This document shows, piece by piece, positions 48,107 through 59,124 of a DNA stretch of 64,000 nt; position 1 is the first letter of the stretch; every line of letters begins with the position of its first letter. Position numbers and translations under genes: made by a program. The DNA is from Myxococcales bacterium. Its GTDB lineage: Bacteria; Myxococcota_A; Polyangia; Polyangiales; DASUME01. The stretch covers positions 2,464,001-2,528,000 of the forward strand of contig JASGJH010000001.1 of the NCBI GenBank assembly GCA_047601445.1. Reading direction: 5' to 3'. Under the pieces are notes generated by a model that made no database searches, was not told where the DNA came from, and saw nothing but the letters and a program-made list of their open reading frames with translations.

Positions 48107-48889
48107 ATGCCAGAGACGCCGTTCCCGCATATCGAAGATCTCGAGCATCTGGGGGCAAACCCCGATTCACGGATCCGTCGTCGGCCCAGCATGCCGGGCC
48201 GCTCGGTCTCGGCCTTCGCTCCGGTGCCCGCCAAATCCGATCCCCCTGTGTCCGCGTCCGCAACTGCGCCGATGATCGAGAGCTCCCCTCCCTTGTCGCC
48301 CGACGACTTCAGCTACGCGAGCACCCTGCGTCTCGCGGGCATCGTCTCGGAGCTACATGGCGCGGAGATCACGCGCATCGCGCGTCACGTGGTCAGCAGC
48401 GACAAGCGCGCCCGCCACCTCGACCTGTTGTTCGCCTACTACGCCGCCGGGGGCGATGCCCTGGTGAGCCGTCGGCGCATGGTCACGGACCGTTGGTTCA
48501 TCTACTCGGCCAAGCAGTCGCTGACGCTGGGCCAGGTGCTCGGCCGCCTGCTCGGCGTACTGCCCGAGATTTCCGCGGCGCGCCTGGAGCGCGTCGGAGG
48601 CCCCGAGGGCACCCTCGTGGTTCGCTGTGGCGATCACGTATGCGCGCTCGAGGACGAGATTGAAGAGAGCCCGGATTGTCCCACCGTGAGCGTGGCCGGC
48701 CTGGTGCGCGCGCTCAATGTGCTGCTGGATCGTCAGGGCGTGCGCGCCCGCTTGATCGGCCTGTTCGGCGACGGCACGCGCGAGGCGTACGTGGGCATCG
48801 CTTCGCTGGCGTCGGCGGTCCCGCTGGCCCAGGCGGACTTTCTGAGCGTCACCGACGCCGAAAGCCTGATGGAGCAGACCGGCTGGTGA
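48107..48889 (+). CDS. Hypothetical protein
   Basis: GC3-biased ORF in its 3' two-thirds; start uncertain. Confidence 0.55.
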   Translation: MPETPFPHIEDLEHLGANPDSRIRRRPSMPGRSVSAFAPVPAKSDPPVSASATAPMIESSPPLSPDDFSYASTLRLAGIVSELHGAEITRIARHVVSSDKRARHLDLLFAYYAAGGDALVSRRRMVTDRWFIYSAKQSLTLGQVLGRLLGVLPEISAARLERVGGPEGTLVVRCGDHVCALEDEIEESPDCPTVSVAGLVRALNVLLDRQGVRARLIGLFGDGTREAYVGIASLASAVPLAQADFLSVTDAESLMEQTGW

Positions 48890-49015
48890 AGCGGTAGCCG
48901 GCGCCACAGTAGGCGCTGCTGCCGTCTATCCCCAAGGCTCGCATCCGCAGTCCCATCGCGGGACGTGGCGCGACGGACTCGCATCCGCGAGCGGCTGCAG
49001 TATTTTCAGGCCCCT

Positions 49016-50221
49016 ATGAGCAGCAGCGACAGCAGCGACGATAGCCAGCGCAAGCGCAAGCGTATCCCTCGCAACAAAGATCAAGACTACAGCAAGGCCC
49101 AGGCCGCGGAGCGCCGCGAATTCGCGCGCAACGAAACCGGAGCCTCCCTCGAGCACGTGGGCAGCTTCTCGCTCGATCCCGCCACGCTGCCGGGCAACAT
49201 CGAGAACTTCACGGGCGTCGCCCAGGTGCCCATCGGCCTCGCGGGTCCCTTGCGCGTGAACGGAGAGCACGCGCAGGGCGACTTCTTCATTCCGATGGCC
49301 ACCACGGAGGGCACGCTGGTGGCGAGCTACAACCGCGGCATGCGGGTGCTCTCGGAGTGCGGCGGCGTCACCTGCACCGTCGTCGAGCAATCCATGCAGC
49401 GCGCCCCGGTGTTCATGTTCGACAACGCCCGTCAGGCCCGCGACTTCGGGCTGTGGCTCGAGGAAAACCTGAGCGCAGTGCGCGAGGTGGCCCAGGCGAC
49501 CACGCGCGTCGGCAAGCTGATCAACGTCGGACAGTACGCGGTGGGCTGCCTGCGCTATTTGCGCTTCAACTACACCACCGGCGACGCGGCGGGCCAAAAC
49601 ATGACGGGCAAGGCCACCTACGCCGCCTGCGAGTGGATCAAGGCCAACTACCCCAAGCCCTGCAACTACATCCTCTCGGGCAGCATCGACACGGACAAGA
49701 AGCACTCGCGCATCAACGTGCTCGCCACGCGCGGCCGCAGGGTGGTGGCCGAGGCCGTGCTCAAGCGCGACGTACTCAAGCAGATCACGGGCGCCGACAC
49801 CAAGGACCTCTTCTACGCGCGCCAGATCCACAATACGGGAGCAGTGCTCGCGGGGTCGGCCTACAACGGTGCGCACGCGGCCAACGGGCTGGCGGCGCTC
49901 TTCATCGCCACCGGACAGGACGTCGCCAACGTGTCGGAGTCCCACGCAGGCGTCGTCTATACCCAGCTCCTGGACAACGGTGACTACTATTGGTCCACCA
50001 CTCTGCCCGCCCTGATCGTAGGCACCTACGGCGGGGGCACGGGCCTGGCGACCCAGCGCGAATGTCTGGAGGTGCTCGGGTGCTACGGGCAGGGCAAGGC
50101 CGACAAGCTGGCGGAGATTTGCGCGGGTGTGGTGCTGGCCGGCGACATCTCCCTGACAGCCGCCATCATCCACGGGGACTGGGTCTCGAGCCACGACCAG
50201 TACGGACGCAACCGTCCCTGA
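49016..50221 (+). CDS. hmgA: Hydroxymethylglutaryl-CoA reductase, class I type
   Basis: IENFTG, PMATTEGTLVAS, TGDAAGQNM, DKK, ATGQD, VGTYGGGT, C-terminal His. Confidence 0.85.
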   Translation: MSSSDSSDDSQRKRKRIPRNKDQDYSKAQAAERREFARNETGASLEHVGSFSLDPATLPGNIENFTGVAQVPIGLAGPLRVNGEHAQGDFFIPMATTEGTLVASYNRGMRVLSECGGVTCTVVEQSMQRAPVFMFDNARQARDFGLWLEENLSAVREVAQATTRVGKLINVGQYAVGCLRYLRFNYTTGDAAGQNMTGKATYAACEWIKANYPKPCNYILSGSIDTDKKHSRINVLATRGRRVVAEAVLKRDVLKQITGADTKDLFYARQIHNTGAVLAGSAYNGAHAANGLAALFIATGQDVANVSESHAGVVYTQLLDNGDYYWSTTLPALIVGTYGGGTGLATQRECLEVLGCYGQGKADKLAEICAGVVLAGDISLTAAIIHGDWVSSHDQYGRNRP

Positions 50222-50336
50222 AGCCCGGAGGGGCCGGCGGCGTGGGAACCGTTTGCCCGCCAAGTCCACCCGTTCGCCACAGACGGGTCGACGCGGCAGG
50301 CCTCTAGGGTTAATTCCTCGCGTCGTTGAGGGCGAG

Positions 50337-52382
50337 ATGGACGAGCAGGAAAAACTGAACGAGTTCGGGGCCAGTACCTACGAGGAGTGGTTGAAGCTCG
50401 TAGACCGTGACCTGGCAGGGGCGCCTTTCGAGAAGAAGCTGGTGAAGCGCGTGGCCGGGGTGGACATCCGGCCCCTCTACACCCGCCAAGACCGGGAGCC
50501 CGAGCAGAGTTTGCCGGGCTTCGCGCCGTTTCGGCGCGGTGGCTATGCCCTGGGTGCGGTCGAGATGGGCTGGGAAGTGCGCCACGAAGTCGCGCGCTCT
50601 CACCCGGAAGCCGCGGCCGAGGCGGCCCTGGATGCCCTGAACGGTGGCGTGCGCGGGCTCAGTTTGCGCTTCGACCGCGCCACTCGCTGCGGCAGCACAG
50701 AACACGGGGTGGACGGCCTGGGAGCCAACAACCTGGCCGAGTTCGAGCGCGCTCTGGGTGAGACCCGGCTCGACTGGGTGCCCCTGCATCTCAAGGCGGG
50801 TGCGAGCGCCCTGCCCGTGGCAGCGGCCCTGCTCGCCCTGGCCCAGAAGCGCAGCCTCAAGCTGGACGCCCTGAGCGGGAGCTTCGGCGCCGATCCCCTG
50901 GCGGTGCTGGCCAGCACGGGCTCCTTGCCCGGCTCGGTCGAGAGCGCCCTCGAGGAAACCGCCGAGCTCGCCCGCTTCAGCAGTGAACATACCCCGCGCG
51001 TTCGGAGCGTCAGCGTCGACAGCTCGCCCTATCACAATGCGGGAGCCGACGCCGCCACCGAGATCGCCATCGCGCTCGCCACGGGCGTGACCTACCTGCG
51101 CGCGCTGACCGGCGCGGGCCTGTCGATCGACGCCGCGGCCAACCAACTGACCTTCGACTTCAGCATCGGCCGCGATGTGTTCGTGGAGATCGCCAAGCTG
51201 CGCGCGGCGCGGCTCGCCTGGTCCAAGGTGGTCGCGGCCTGCGGCGGAAGTCCCGCCAGCCAGGTGATGGTGCTGCACGCCAGCACATCGGTACGCACCA
51301 AGACCCAGCGCGATCCATGGGTGAACCTGCTGCGCGGCACGGGCGAGAGCTTTGCGGCGGCGGTGGGCGGCGCGGACGCCATCACCACCCTGCCCTTCGA
51401 CGCGTTGCTCGGCGAAGGCGACGAGTTCGGCGCACGCATGGCACGCAACACGCAGGAGCTGCTGCGCCACGAGTCGAGCCTGAATCGGGTGGTCGATCCC
51501 GCGGGCGGCAGCTGGTACGTCGAGGAGATCACCGACGGCCTCGCGCGCCGCGCCTGGGAGAAGTTCGCGGCGATCGAGAAGGCGGGCGGCCTGGTGGAGG
51601 TGCTCAAGCAGGGCACGCTGCAGAAGGAGCTCGCCCAGGTGCTGGAGAGCGAGCGCAAGGCCGTGGAGACGCGCAAGCTCGCCATCACCGGGGTCAACGA
51701 GTTCCCCCACGTGAAGGAAGAACCGGTCGCACGCGAGCGCCCCAACACCGAGCAGGCCCGAGCGCGCGCGCAGGTGGCCGACAAGCAGGCCGGTAACGCA
51801 GCGCTGCAGTTCAGCGGGGAATCGCGCGTCCAGCAGGTCATCTCGGCCGTCGCCAAGGGCGAGAGTTTCGCGCGCCTACGGGCAGCCCTCGCACAGGGCA
51901 CCCCCGCCAAGGTCAGCGCGTTGAGCGTCGAGCGTCTGGCGCAACCTTTCGAGGCTTTGCGCGACGCGGCCGATCGCCATGCCGAACGCACCGGCAAGCG
52001 CCCCGCGGCGTTCCTGGTGAACCTCGGTCCCATTCCGGAGCACAAGGCCCGCGCGGGCTTCGCGCAGAACTACCTCGAGGCGGGCGGCTTCCTCACCATC
52101 GGCAATGATGGGTTCGCCGACGCCGAAGCGGCCGCGCAAGCCTTCGCCAAGAGCGGCGCCCCGGTGGCGGTGCTCTGTTCGAGCGATGGAGTGTACGCCG
52201 AGCTCGCCGTGAAGACGGCCCAGGCCCTGAGCACCAAGGGCGCCAAGGTGATCGCTCTGGCCGGCAGCCCGGGTGAGCAAGAAGCCACCTACCGCGCCGC
52301 CGGCATCACGGACTTCGTCTTCATGGGTGCCAATGTCGTTCAGTCTCTGCGCTCGCTGCTCGAGCGCGTGGGAGCCGTCTGA
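50337..52382 (+). CDS. mutA: Methylmalonyl-CoA mutase small subunit
   Basis: [30 protein letters not shown]; lacks DxHxxG. Confidence 0.9.
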   Translation: MDEQEKLNEFGASTYEEWLKLVDRDLAGAPFEKKLVKRVAGVDIRPLYTRQDREPEQSLPGFAPFRRGGYALGAVEMGWEVRHEVARSHPEAAAEAALDALNGGVRGLSLRFDRATRCGSTEHGVDGLGANNLAEFERALGETRLDWVPLHLKAGASALPVAAALLALAQKRSLKLDALSGSFGADPLAVLASTGSLPGSVESALEETAELARFSSEHTPRVRSVSVDSSPYHNAGADAATEIAIALATGVTYLRALTGAGLSIDAAANQLTFDFSIGRDVFVEIAKLRAARLAWSKVVAACGGSPASQVMVLHASTSVRTKTQRDPWVNLLRGTGESFAAAVGGADAITTLPFDALLGEGDEFGARMARNTQELLRHESSLNRVVDPAGGSWYVEEITDGLARRAWEKFAAIEKAGGLVEVLKQGTLQKELAQVLESERKAVETRKLAITGVNEFPHVKEEPVARERPNTEQARARAQVADKQAGNAALQFSGESRVQQVISAVAKGESFARLRAALAQGTPAKVSALSVERLAQPFEALRDAADRHAERTGKRPAAFLVNLGPIPEHKARAGFAQNYLEAGGFLTIGNDGFADAEAAAQAFAKSGAPVAVLCSSDGVYAELAVKTAQALSTKGAKVIALAGSPGEQEATYRAAGITDFVFMGANVVQSLRSLLERVGAV

Positions 52383-54580
52383 TGTCCAAGATTCCCAGCT
52401 TCGCCGACGTTCCCTTCGATAGCGCCGCCCCCAGCCAAGCCTCGCTCGAGGATTGGCGCGCGCAGGTGCAGCAAGAGACCGGTCGCAGCGTCGACTCGCT
52501 CACCTGGCAGACGCCGGAGCAGCTGCCGGTGAAGCCGCTCTACACGGCCGACGACCTGGCGCCCCTCGATCACCTCGACAGCATGCCCGGCATCGCGCCC
52601 TACGTGCGCGGCCCGTACGCCACGATGTACGCGCTCAAGCCCTGGACCATCCGTCAGTACGCGGGCTTCTCCACGGCCGAAGCATCGAACGCGTTCTATC
52701 GCCGCAACCTCGCGGCCGGTCAGATGGGCCTCTCCATCGCCTTCGATCTCGCCACGCATCGCGGCTACGACAGCGACCATCCGCGCGTGCTCGGCGATGT
52801 CGGCATGGCCGGCGTGGCCATCGACTCCATCGCAGACATGCGGATCCTGTTCGACGGCATCCCGCTCGACCAGATGAGCGTCTCGATGACCATGAACGGC
52901 GCGGTGCTGCCCATCATGGCGCTCTACATCCTGGCTGCCGAAGAACAGGGCGTGAAGCCCGAGAAGCTCAGCGGAACCATCCAGAACGACATCCTCAAGG
53001 AGTTCATGGTCCGCAACACGTACATCTATCCGCCCGATCCCTCGATGCGCATCATCGGCGACATCTTCTCGTACACCGCGAAGAACATGCCGAAGTTCAA
53101 CAGCATCTCGATCAGCGGCTACCACATGCAGGAAGCCGGCGCGACGGCGGACATCGAGCTCGCGTACACGCTCGCCGACGGTGTGGAGTACGTGCGCACC
53201 GGCCTGAACAGCGGCTTGACCATCGACAAGTTCGCCCCGCGCCTCTCGTTCTTCTGGGCCATCGGCATGAACTTCTTCATGGAAGTGGCCAAGATGCGCG
53301 CCGGTCGCCTGCTCTGGTCCAAGCTCATCAAGCAGTTCAACCCCAAGGATGTCCGCAGCCTCTCGCTGCGTACGCACTGCCAAACTTCAGGCTGGAGCCT
53401 CACCGCACAGGACCCGTTCAACAACGCAGCCCGCACCTGCATCGAAGCCATGGCGGCCACGCAGGGACACACCCAGAGCCTGCACACCAACGCACTCGAC
53501 GAGGCGCTCGCGCTGCCCACGGACTTCAGCGCACGCATCGCACGCAACACGCAGCTCTATCTGCAGCAGGAGAGCGGCACCACCCGCGTGATCGATCCCT
53601 GGGCTGGCAGCTACTACGTGGAGCGCCTTACCTACGATCTGGCCCAGCGCGCCTGGCAGCACATCCAGGAGGTCGAAGAGCTCGGCGGCATGGCCAAGGC
53701 CATCGCCACGGGCCTTCCCAAGATGCGCATCGAAGAGTGCGCCGCGCGTACCCAGGCCCGCATCGACTCGGGGCAGCAGGTCATCGTGGGCGTGAACCGC
53801 TTCAAGGTGGCGAAGGAGAAGCCCATCGACGTGCTCAAGGTCGACAACAAGGCCGTGCGCGAGGCGCAGATCAGGCGCCTGCAAGAGCTGCGCAAGAACC
53901 GTAATGAAGCCGACACTCAGGCCGCCCTCGAGGCGCTCACCAAGGCGGCAGCCGGTGAGATCCAGGCGAACTTGCTGGAGCTGGCGGTGGACGCGGGACG
54001 CAAGCGCGCGAGCGTGGGCGAGATCAGCTACGCTCTGGAGAAGGTCTGGGGCCGCCACGTGGCCCAAATCCGCTCCATCAAGGGCGTGTACAAGGACACC
54101 GTGGGAGACGCGACCAACGACATCACCGAGGTTCAGGCCCTGTCCGACGCCTTCGAGCAGAAGGAAGGTCGCAGGCCGCGCATCCTGGTCGCCAAGATGG
54201 GCCAAGACGGCCACGACCGCGGCGCCAAGGTGATCGCCACCGCGTTCGCCGACCTGGGCTTCGACGTGGACGTGGGTCCGCTGTTCCAGACGCCCGAAGA
54301 GACGGCGCGCCAGGCCGTCGAGAACGACGTGCACATCATCGGTGCGAGCTCGTTGGCGGCTGGTCACCTCACGCTGGTGCCGGCGCTCAAGGGCGAGCTG
54401 AGCAAGCTCGGACGCGAAGACATCATGATCGTGGTCGGCGGCGTGATCCCACCCCAGGACTACGATCAGCTCTACAAGGACGGCGCGAGCGCCGTGTTCG
54501 GACCGGGCACGGTGATCAGCAAGGCCGCCAAGGACTTGATGGCGGAGCTCAATCGACGCCTCGGCTATGCCGCCGAGTGA
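52382..54580 (+). CDS. mutB: Methylmalonyl-CoA mutase large (B12-binding) subunit
   Basis: [33 protein letters not shown]. Confidence 0.96.
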   Translation: MSKIPSFADVPFDSAAPSQASLEDWRAQVQQETGRSVDSLTWQTPEQLPVKPLYTADDLAPLDHLDSMPGIAPYVRGPYATMYALKPWTIRQYAGFSTAEASNAFYRRNLAAGQMGLSIAFDLATHRGYDSDHPRVLGDVGMAGVAIDSIADMRILFDGIPLDQMSVSMTMNGAVLPIMALYILAAEEQGVKPEKLSGTIQNDILKEFMVRNTYIYPPDPSMRIIGDIFSYTAKNMPKFNSISISGYHMQEAGATADIELAYTLADGVEYVRTGLNSGLTIDKFAPRLSFFWAIGMNFFMEVAKMRAGRLLWSKLIKQFNPKDVRSLSLRTHCQTSGWSLTAQDPFNNAARTCIEAMAATQGHTQSLHTNALDEALALPTDFSARIARNTQLYLQQESGTTRVIDPWAGSYYVERLTYDLAQRAWQHIQEVEELGGMAKAIATGLPKMRIEECAARTQARIDSGQQVIVGVNRFKVAKEKPIDVLKVDNKAVREAQIRRLQELRKNRNEADTQAALEALTKAAAGEIQANLLELAVDAGRKRASVGEISYALEKVWGRHVAQIRSIKGVYKDTVGDATNDITEVQALSDAFEQKEGRRPRILVAKMGQDGHDRGAKVIATAFADLGFDVDVGPLFQTPEETARQAVENDVHIIGASSLAAGHLTLVPALKGELSKLGREDIMIVVGGVIPPQDYDQLYKDGASAVFGPGTVISKAAKDLMAELNRRLGYAAE

Positions 54581-55619
54581 GCCCGCCGCGCCGGCGTCGC
54601 CAGCTTCACCGGCATCGCCAGCTTCGCCGAGACGCCGTGAGCTTTCACTCGAAGACTACGTGCAGGGAGTGCTCGCAGGGGACCGAGCGGTCCTCGGTCG
54701 TGCCATCTCGCTCGTGGAGAGCAATGCGCAGGCTCACCAGCAGCTCGCCCAACAAGTCCTGACGCAGCTCTTGCCCCACGCGGGCAAGGCGCGCCGCGTG
54801 GGCATCAGCGGCGTGCCCGGAGTCGGCAAGAGCACCTTCATCGAGGCGCTCGGCCAGAACCTCACCAAGCACGGCCACAAGGTGGCTGTGCTCGCGGTGG
54901 ACCCGACCAGCGAGCGCACCAAGGGCAGCATCCTCGGCGACAAGACCCGCATGGTGCACCTGTCCCAGGATCCCAACGCCTTCATCCGACCGTCGCCGAG
55001 TAGCGGATCCCTCGGCGGTGTCGGACGCAAGACGCGCGAGACCATGCTGCTGTGTGAAGCCGCGGGCTTCGACGTGGTGTTGGTGGAGACCGTGGGCGTG
55101 GGCCAGAGCGAGACGATGGTGGCCGACATGGTGGACTTCTACCTGGTGCTGATGCTGGCAGGCGCAGGCGACGAACTGCAGGGCATCAAGCGCGGCATCC
55201 TCGAGCTCGCCGACATGATCGCGGTCAACAAGGCCGACAGCGGCAACGAGAAGGCTGCCGAGCGCGCGCGCCGGGAGTACGAGGGCGCCCTCGAGCTGAT
55301 GCACAGCCGGACCGACGGCTGGAAGGTCCCCGTGGTGAAGTGCTCGGGGATGAGCAACCAGGGCCTCGACGAGCTCTGGGCCCACATCGAGCGTCACCGC
55401 GAAGAGCTCACGCGCACGGGCAAGCTCGAGGAGCTGCGCAACAAGCAGCTCCTGCATTGGATGTGGCAGATGGTGCACGGCGAGCTCATCGATCGGCTGC
55501 ACCAAAACCCGGGTGTGAAGGCTCTGGCTCCCGAGCTCGAGGCGCGTGTCCACGGTGGGCAGCTCACGGCCACTCTTGCGGCTCAGCAGATTCTCGAGGC
55601 CTTCTCTCGCTCCTCCTAG
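54567..55619 (+). CDS. meaB: Methylmalonyl-CoA mutase-associated GTPase
   Basis: [35 protein letters not shown]. Confidence 0.94.
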   Translation: MPPSEPAAPASPASPASPASPRRRELSLEDYVQGVLAGDRAVLGRAISLVESNAQAHQQLAQQVLTQLLPHAGKARRVGISGVPGVGKSTFIEALGQNLTKHGHKVAVLAVDPTSERTKGSILGDKTRMVHLSQDPNAFIRPSPSSGSLGGVGRKTRETMLLCEAAGFDVVLVETVGVGQSETMVADMVDFYLVLMLAGAGDELQGIKRGILELADMIAVNKADSGNEKAAERARREYEGALELMHSRTDGWKVPVVKCSGMSNQGLDELWAHIERHREELTRTGKLEELRNKQLLHWMWQMVHGELIDRLHQNPGVKALAPELEARVHGGQLTATLAAQQILEAFSRSS

Positions 55620-55648
55620 TCTCCAGAGCGCTCCCTGCGTTGGTGCGG

Positions 55649-55860
55649 CCGCTGCGGGACGGCGGGGCGTTGGAGCGGGGCGCTGCGCGCCTATCGCGCC
55701 GATGAGTGCGTTGGTGGAGTCTGGTCGGTGGCGCTTCGATGGCCGGCGCACCTGTGAGGACGCGAGTTGCGATGGGCGCGGCTCGCGCCCCGCTCCAACC
55801 CCCCGCCGCCCCTTCGCGGTTCCCCCAGTTCGCAGGAACGAACTGGGGCCGAGGCGGCGG
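55649..55860. repeat. Long imperfect inverted repeat plus nested hairpin between convergent genes
   Basis: Arms 55649-55697 and 55769-55819 are reverse complements over about 50 nt; CCCCAGTTCG-CAGGAA-CGAACTGGGG at 55823-55848. Confidence 0.65.
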
Positions 55861-56138
55861 TGAAAAGAGCCTCGAGGTCATGTTGAGCGAACGCAAAGAG
55901 TGGGCGAGAGCTGAACCGTGGACGCGGTGCATCTGGTCCTGTGCTCGAGCGTTCCAAAGTCCATCCGGGTCTTGTCTGGCCTCAGTTTTGACTCGACGCT
56001 CCCAAGTGTTCCCGGTCTCTAGAGCTCCGGTGTGCTCTCGAGAGCTTTCGCGAGCCTTCTCCGAGCTCTCGAGCCCCAACAATCCCGCCACCGAAGCGCC
56101 GGCCACGACCCGGAGTGCACCAGAGGAAGAAGAGCGAG

Positions 56139-57164
56139 TTACTCGTCAGCTTTGATGACGATCATGCGGGAGGTCAGGACGTCTTTCATGGGGCCCGGCG
56201 TGGGTGGCGGGCGGATGCTGCGCGCTGGTAGACCGTTGGCGACGCGCGCGTCCATCACGGCTTGACCGAGCTCGCGTGGACTCACAGGCGCCACACCGAG
56301 TACGCGCAGGAGCACGTGGCTCATGTCGTCGGCGCTCTCGAAGCGCTGCTCGGGATCGTGGTCCAATGCCCGGTCGACCACTGCCACCAGCTCCGCCGGC
56401 AGGTCTGCACGCTTGTCGCGCAGCGGCGGGACCTCGCCTTCGCGCACCTTGCGGATGCGCTCGGCGTCCGTGTCCGCCCAGTAGAGTCGCTCTCCCGTAA
56501 GAGCCTCCCAGAGCACGATGCCCACGGCGTAGAGGTCGCTGCGCTCATTCGCGGGTCTGCCGCGCGCCAGCTCGGGCGCGAGGTAGCTGAGCTTGCCCTT
56601 CACCACGTCGGGGCTCGTCATGCGCGCGCGATCCACGGCCCGCGCCAGGCCGAAGTCCGTCAGCTTCGCCACGCCCGAGACGCTGATCATGATGTTGTGG
56701 GGCGTGACGTCGCGATGGATGATCGGCGCCAGGTTGCCGCTCGCGTCCACGCGCTCGTGGGCCGCTGCGAGGCCCGACAGCACCTGCGCCATGATCGCCG
56801 CGACCTGACGCCAGGGCGTGGGCACGCCCCGGTCGGTGAAGCTCTTCACGTACTGGCCGAGGTGGACTCCGTCCACCCACTCCATCACCAGGTAATAGCC
56901 GCTATTGTCGACGCCGAAGTCGTGCACCTGCACCACGTTGGCGTGGTCGAGCTCCGAGCACACGCGCGCCTCTTCGATGAACATGCGCACGAACTCGGTG
57001 TTGTTCGCGAGGTGATCGTGGACGCGCTTGAGGGCGACTGGACGCTGGAAGCCGGCCGCGCCTCGGGTGACCGCGCGATACACCTGCGCCATGCCACCGT
57101 CGCCTGCCAGTTCCAAGAGCTCATAGCGCCCGTGTACGAGGCGGCCGCTCTCATCTGACGCCAT
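56139..57164 (-). CDS. Hanks-type Ser/Thr protein kinase, cytoplasmic
   Basis: GDGGMAQVY, VALK, HRDVTPHN, DFG, YLAPE, SDLYAVG. Confidence 0.92.
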   Translation of the reverse strand: MASDESGRLVHGRYELLELAGDGGMAQVYRAVTRGAAGFQRPVALKRVHDHLANNTEFVRMFIEEARVCSELDHANVVQVHDFGVDNSGYYLVMEWVDGVHLGQYVKSFTDRGVPTPWRQVAAIMAQVLSGLAAAHERVDASGNLAPIIHRDVTPHNIMISVSGVAKLTDFGLARAVDRARMTSPDVVKGKLSYLAPELARGRPANERSDLYAVGIVLWEALTGERLYWADTDAERIRKVREGEVPPLRDKRADLPAELVAVVDRALDHDPEQRFESADDMSHVLLRVLGVAPVSPRELGQAVMDARVANGLPARSIRPPPTPGPMKDVLTSRMIVIKADE

Positions 57165-57192
57165 TGCTCTTATCCCTCTGGTCCGATCTTAC

Positions 57193-57930
57193 TCAAATTC
57201 CAGCGCGAGCCACGCGAACCAAGGAAGGCGTCGGCGCGATCGAATCCAGCCGGCGAGGGAGCGCGAGCGGCGCCCGCAGCGCCGTGTTGAAGCTCTTCAA
57301 GTGGGAAGCAACCCCTGGCAGCACCAGGCCCGAGGCGAAGCTCTGCCAGTCGGGATGATCGGAGTGGAAGCTTTCGAGTCGGTATGTGGCCAACTGCGCC
57401 CGAGCCTTACCCTGCGCCTGAAAGCACAGCACGCGTCCGGCCGTGTTCTGCAGGCTCGCGATGGTGGTGGGCGAAGGGAAGGTCAGGCCCCGCGGGGTCC
57501 ATGAGAAGGCTAGCTGTGTCCCGTCCTCGGCATCAATCTCGATGCGGTTCCCGCGGCGGGCGAAGTGAGCAAAGCCCTTGGGCAAATGCCAGTCGCGCCG
57601 CTCCATGACGCCGGAGTCCTCGGTGCTGGACTGGACGTGGTCGCTATAGGAGCGGGCCACGAAGTACATGGGGCCCATGCGGGGAACGTCGTCATAGGCC
57701 GGGTCGGAGCTGCGCACGATGGCGCTGAGCCAGAGCAGCTCCCGGCGCGTGACCGCATCGCTGCCGACGAACTCCAGGTACAGCAACATTCCCAACGTAT
57801 GGCCGGCCGTCTGCAGGACGCGAAACTCATCGGGAACGCTGACGTTGCGCGCGGAGACGATGCACGGGATGGCGAGGCCGCTCCCCTCACTCCGCCAGGG
57901 TGCTGCTGGTTTTGAATGCAATTCCGACAA
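57193..57930 (-). CDS. Acetoacetate-decarboxylase-fold-like hypothetical protein
   Basis: WHLPK resembles the ADC-family WGxPK; TTG start after GGGAGG inferred. Confidence 0.45.
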   Translation of the reverse strand: MSELHSKPAAPWRSEGSGLAIPCIVSARNVSVPDEFRVLQTAGHTLGMLLYLEFVGSDAVTRRELLWLSAIVRSSDPAYDDVPRMGPMYFVARSYSDHVQSSTEDSGVMERRDWHLPKGFAHFARRGNRIEIDAEDGTQLAFSWTPRGLTFPSPTTIASLQNTAGRVLCFQAQGKARAQLATYRLESFHSDHPDWQSFASGLVLPGVASHLKSFNTALRAPLALPRRLDSIAPTPSLVRVARAGI

Positions 57931-58107
57931 GCTCCCTCCCCTAGATGGCGAGCTTAGCGGAAAACACACCCGCGGGCAGCACGTGGGATACGACCAGAAG
58001 CCACCGTTTACCTGTCCCTCCGGTCAATCCCAGCGCCGCTTCGGTCAACACCCGCCTATCAAAACGTGCTTTTATGTGGGCCATTGGTTGGACAGGTGGA
58101 GGTTTGC

Positions 58108-58989
58108 TTGAAGTACGCACAGCTTGGCCTTGGAATCGCGATGTTTACCGTTGCTGGCGCCTGGGCGGCCTGTGGCAGCGACCCGCCCGCCAGTCTCGCC
58201 CCTGTCGGTGATGGGGACGGAGACGGCGATGGGGACGGCGACGGCGACTCGAAAGGCGAATGCGAAGTCGACGACACCGAGGACTGCAGCAGCAAATGCG
58301 ACGGACTCGACGGTACCCGCGTCTGCATCCAGGACGATGCGGACAGTGCGCCGCGCTGGTCGACCTGCGAGTGCGAGCCCCCCAAGAATATCGATACCAA
58401 CCCCAACGACGCGCCCTGCAAGGCCGGTTACTACACCGGTGACTTCATGGGTGAGTACTGGTCGGGCATCTTCGACATCGGCTTCGGCTCCCTGGCCAGC
58501 GTGCCGGTCGTCGCCAAGGGCGGCGCAAACGGCCAGGGCCTCAACTTGACGCTGGTGCAGACCGGCGAGCCCCCGCAGCCCGGCCAGGAGTTCGCGCCGG
58601 AGCTGGGCGTGAAGGACGGCTGCGTGGTGGGCATCGCGGACGCCCTCGGCACCGAACACCCCTTCGTCGGCACCATCACGGGCGAGCTCGACTGCGACAC
58701 CGGCAAGTTCACCGGGACCCTCAAGGGCTACTACAAGCTGTTTGGCAGCGACATTACCTATCCGTTCGTGGGCCCGGTTACGGCGCAGTTCAACACCACC
58801 AACCAGAAGCTCGAGAAGGGCACCTGGAAGGTCGTCGAACACATGATGACCATGAACCCCCCGGGTGGCTCTGGCTCCTGGAACGCTGCGTGGGACGCGG
58901 ACACCAATCCGAACCCCATTCCGCCCGAGTGCAAGGCGCTGCTCGATGAGGCCGCGAACGGCGGCGGCGGCGCTGACGCCGGGACCTGA
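58108..58989 (+). CDS. Cys-rich lipoprotein with GD linker (tandem paralogue 1)
   Basis: GGAGG-TTG start, WAAC lipobox, (GD)n, CKAGYYTG, HPFVGT, LDCDTG. Confidence 0.75.
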   Translation: MKYAQLGLGIAMFTVAGAWAACGSDPPASLAPVGDGDGDGDGDGDGDSKGECEVDDTEDCSSKCDGLDGTRVCIQDDADSAPRWSTCECEPPKNIDTNPNDAPCKAGYYTGDFMGEYWSGIFDIGFGSLASVPVVAKGGANGQGLNLTLVQTGEPPQPGQEFAPELGVKDGCVVGIADALGTEHPFVGTITGELDCDTGKFTGTLKGYYKLFGSDITYPFVGPVTAQFNTTNQKLEKGTWKVVEHMMTMNPPGGSGSWNAAWDADTNPNPIPPECKALLDEAANGGGGADAGT

Positions 58990-59027
58990 GCCTTCTCACC
59001 GTACCTCCGAGATTGACTGATCACACC

Positions 59028-59069
59028 TGACCCGCGCGTTCTCGGTCACACCGGGAATGACGTGGGTCA
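59028..59069 (+). other. Intergenic RNA hairpin between tandem paralogues
   Basis: About 19-bp stem with three G-U pairs and one bulge. Confidence 0.45.
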
Positions 59070-59124
59070 AGCCTGTGCGCGGGCCACGTGCTTAGATGCC
59101 CCCCGGTTGCTCCCGGAGGTTGCC

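Noticed and set aside
50222..50336. Cobalamin riboswitch upstream of mutA
   Set aside because: The gap is short and I could not identify a B12-box or the expected multi-stem core.
54580..54632. [13 protein letters not shown] repeat at the MeaB N-terminus
   Set aside because: Short low-complexity linker with no further evidence of function.
55546..56155. ORFs across the meaB-kinase gap
   Set aside because: Atypical codon usage, no motifs, and they overlap the inverted-repeat element.
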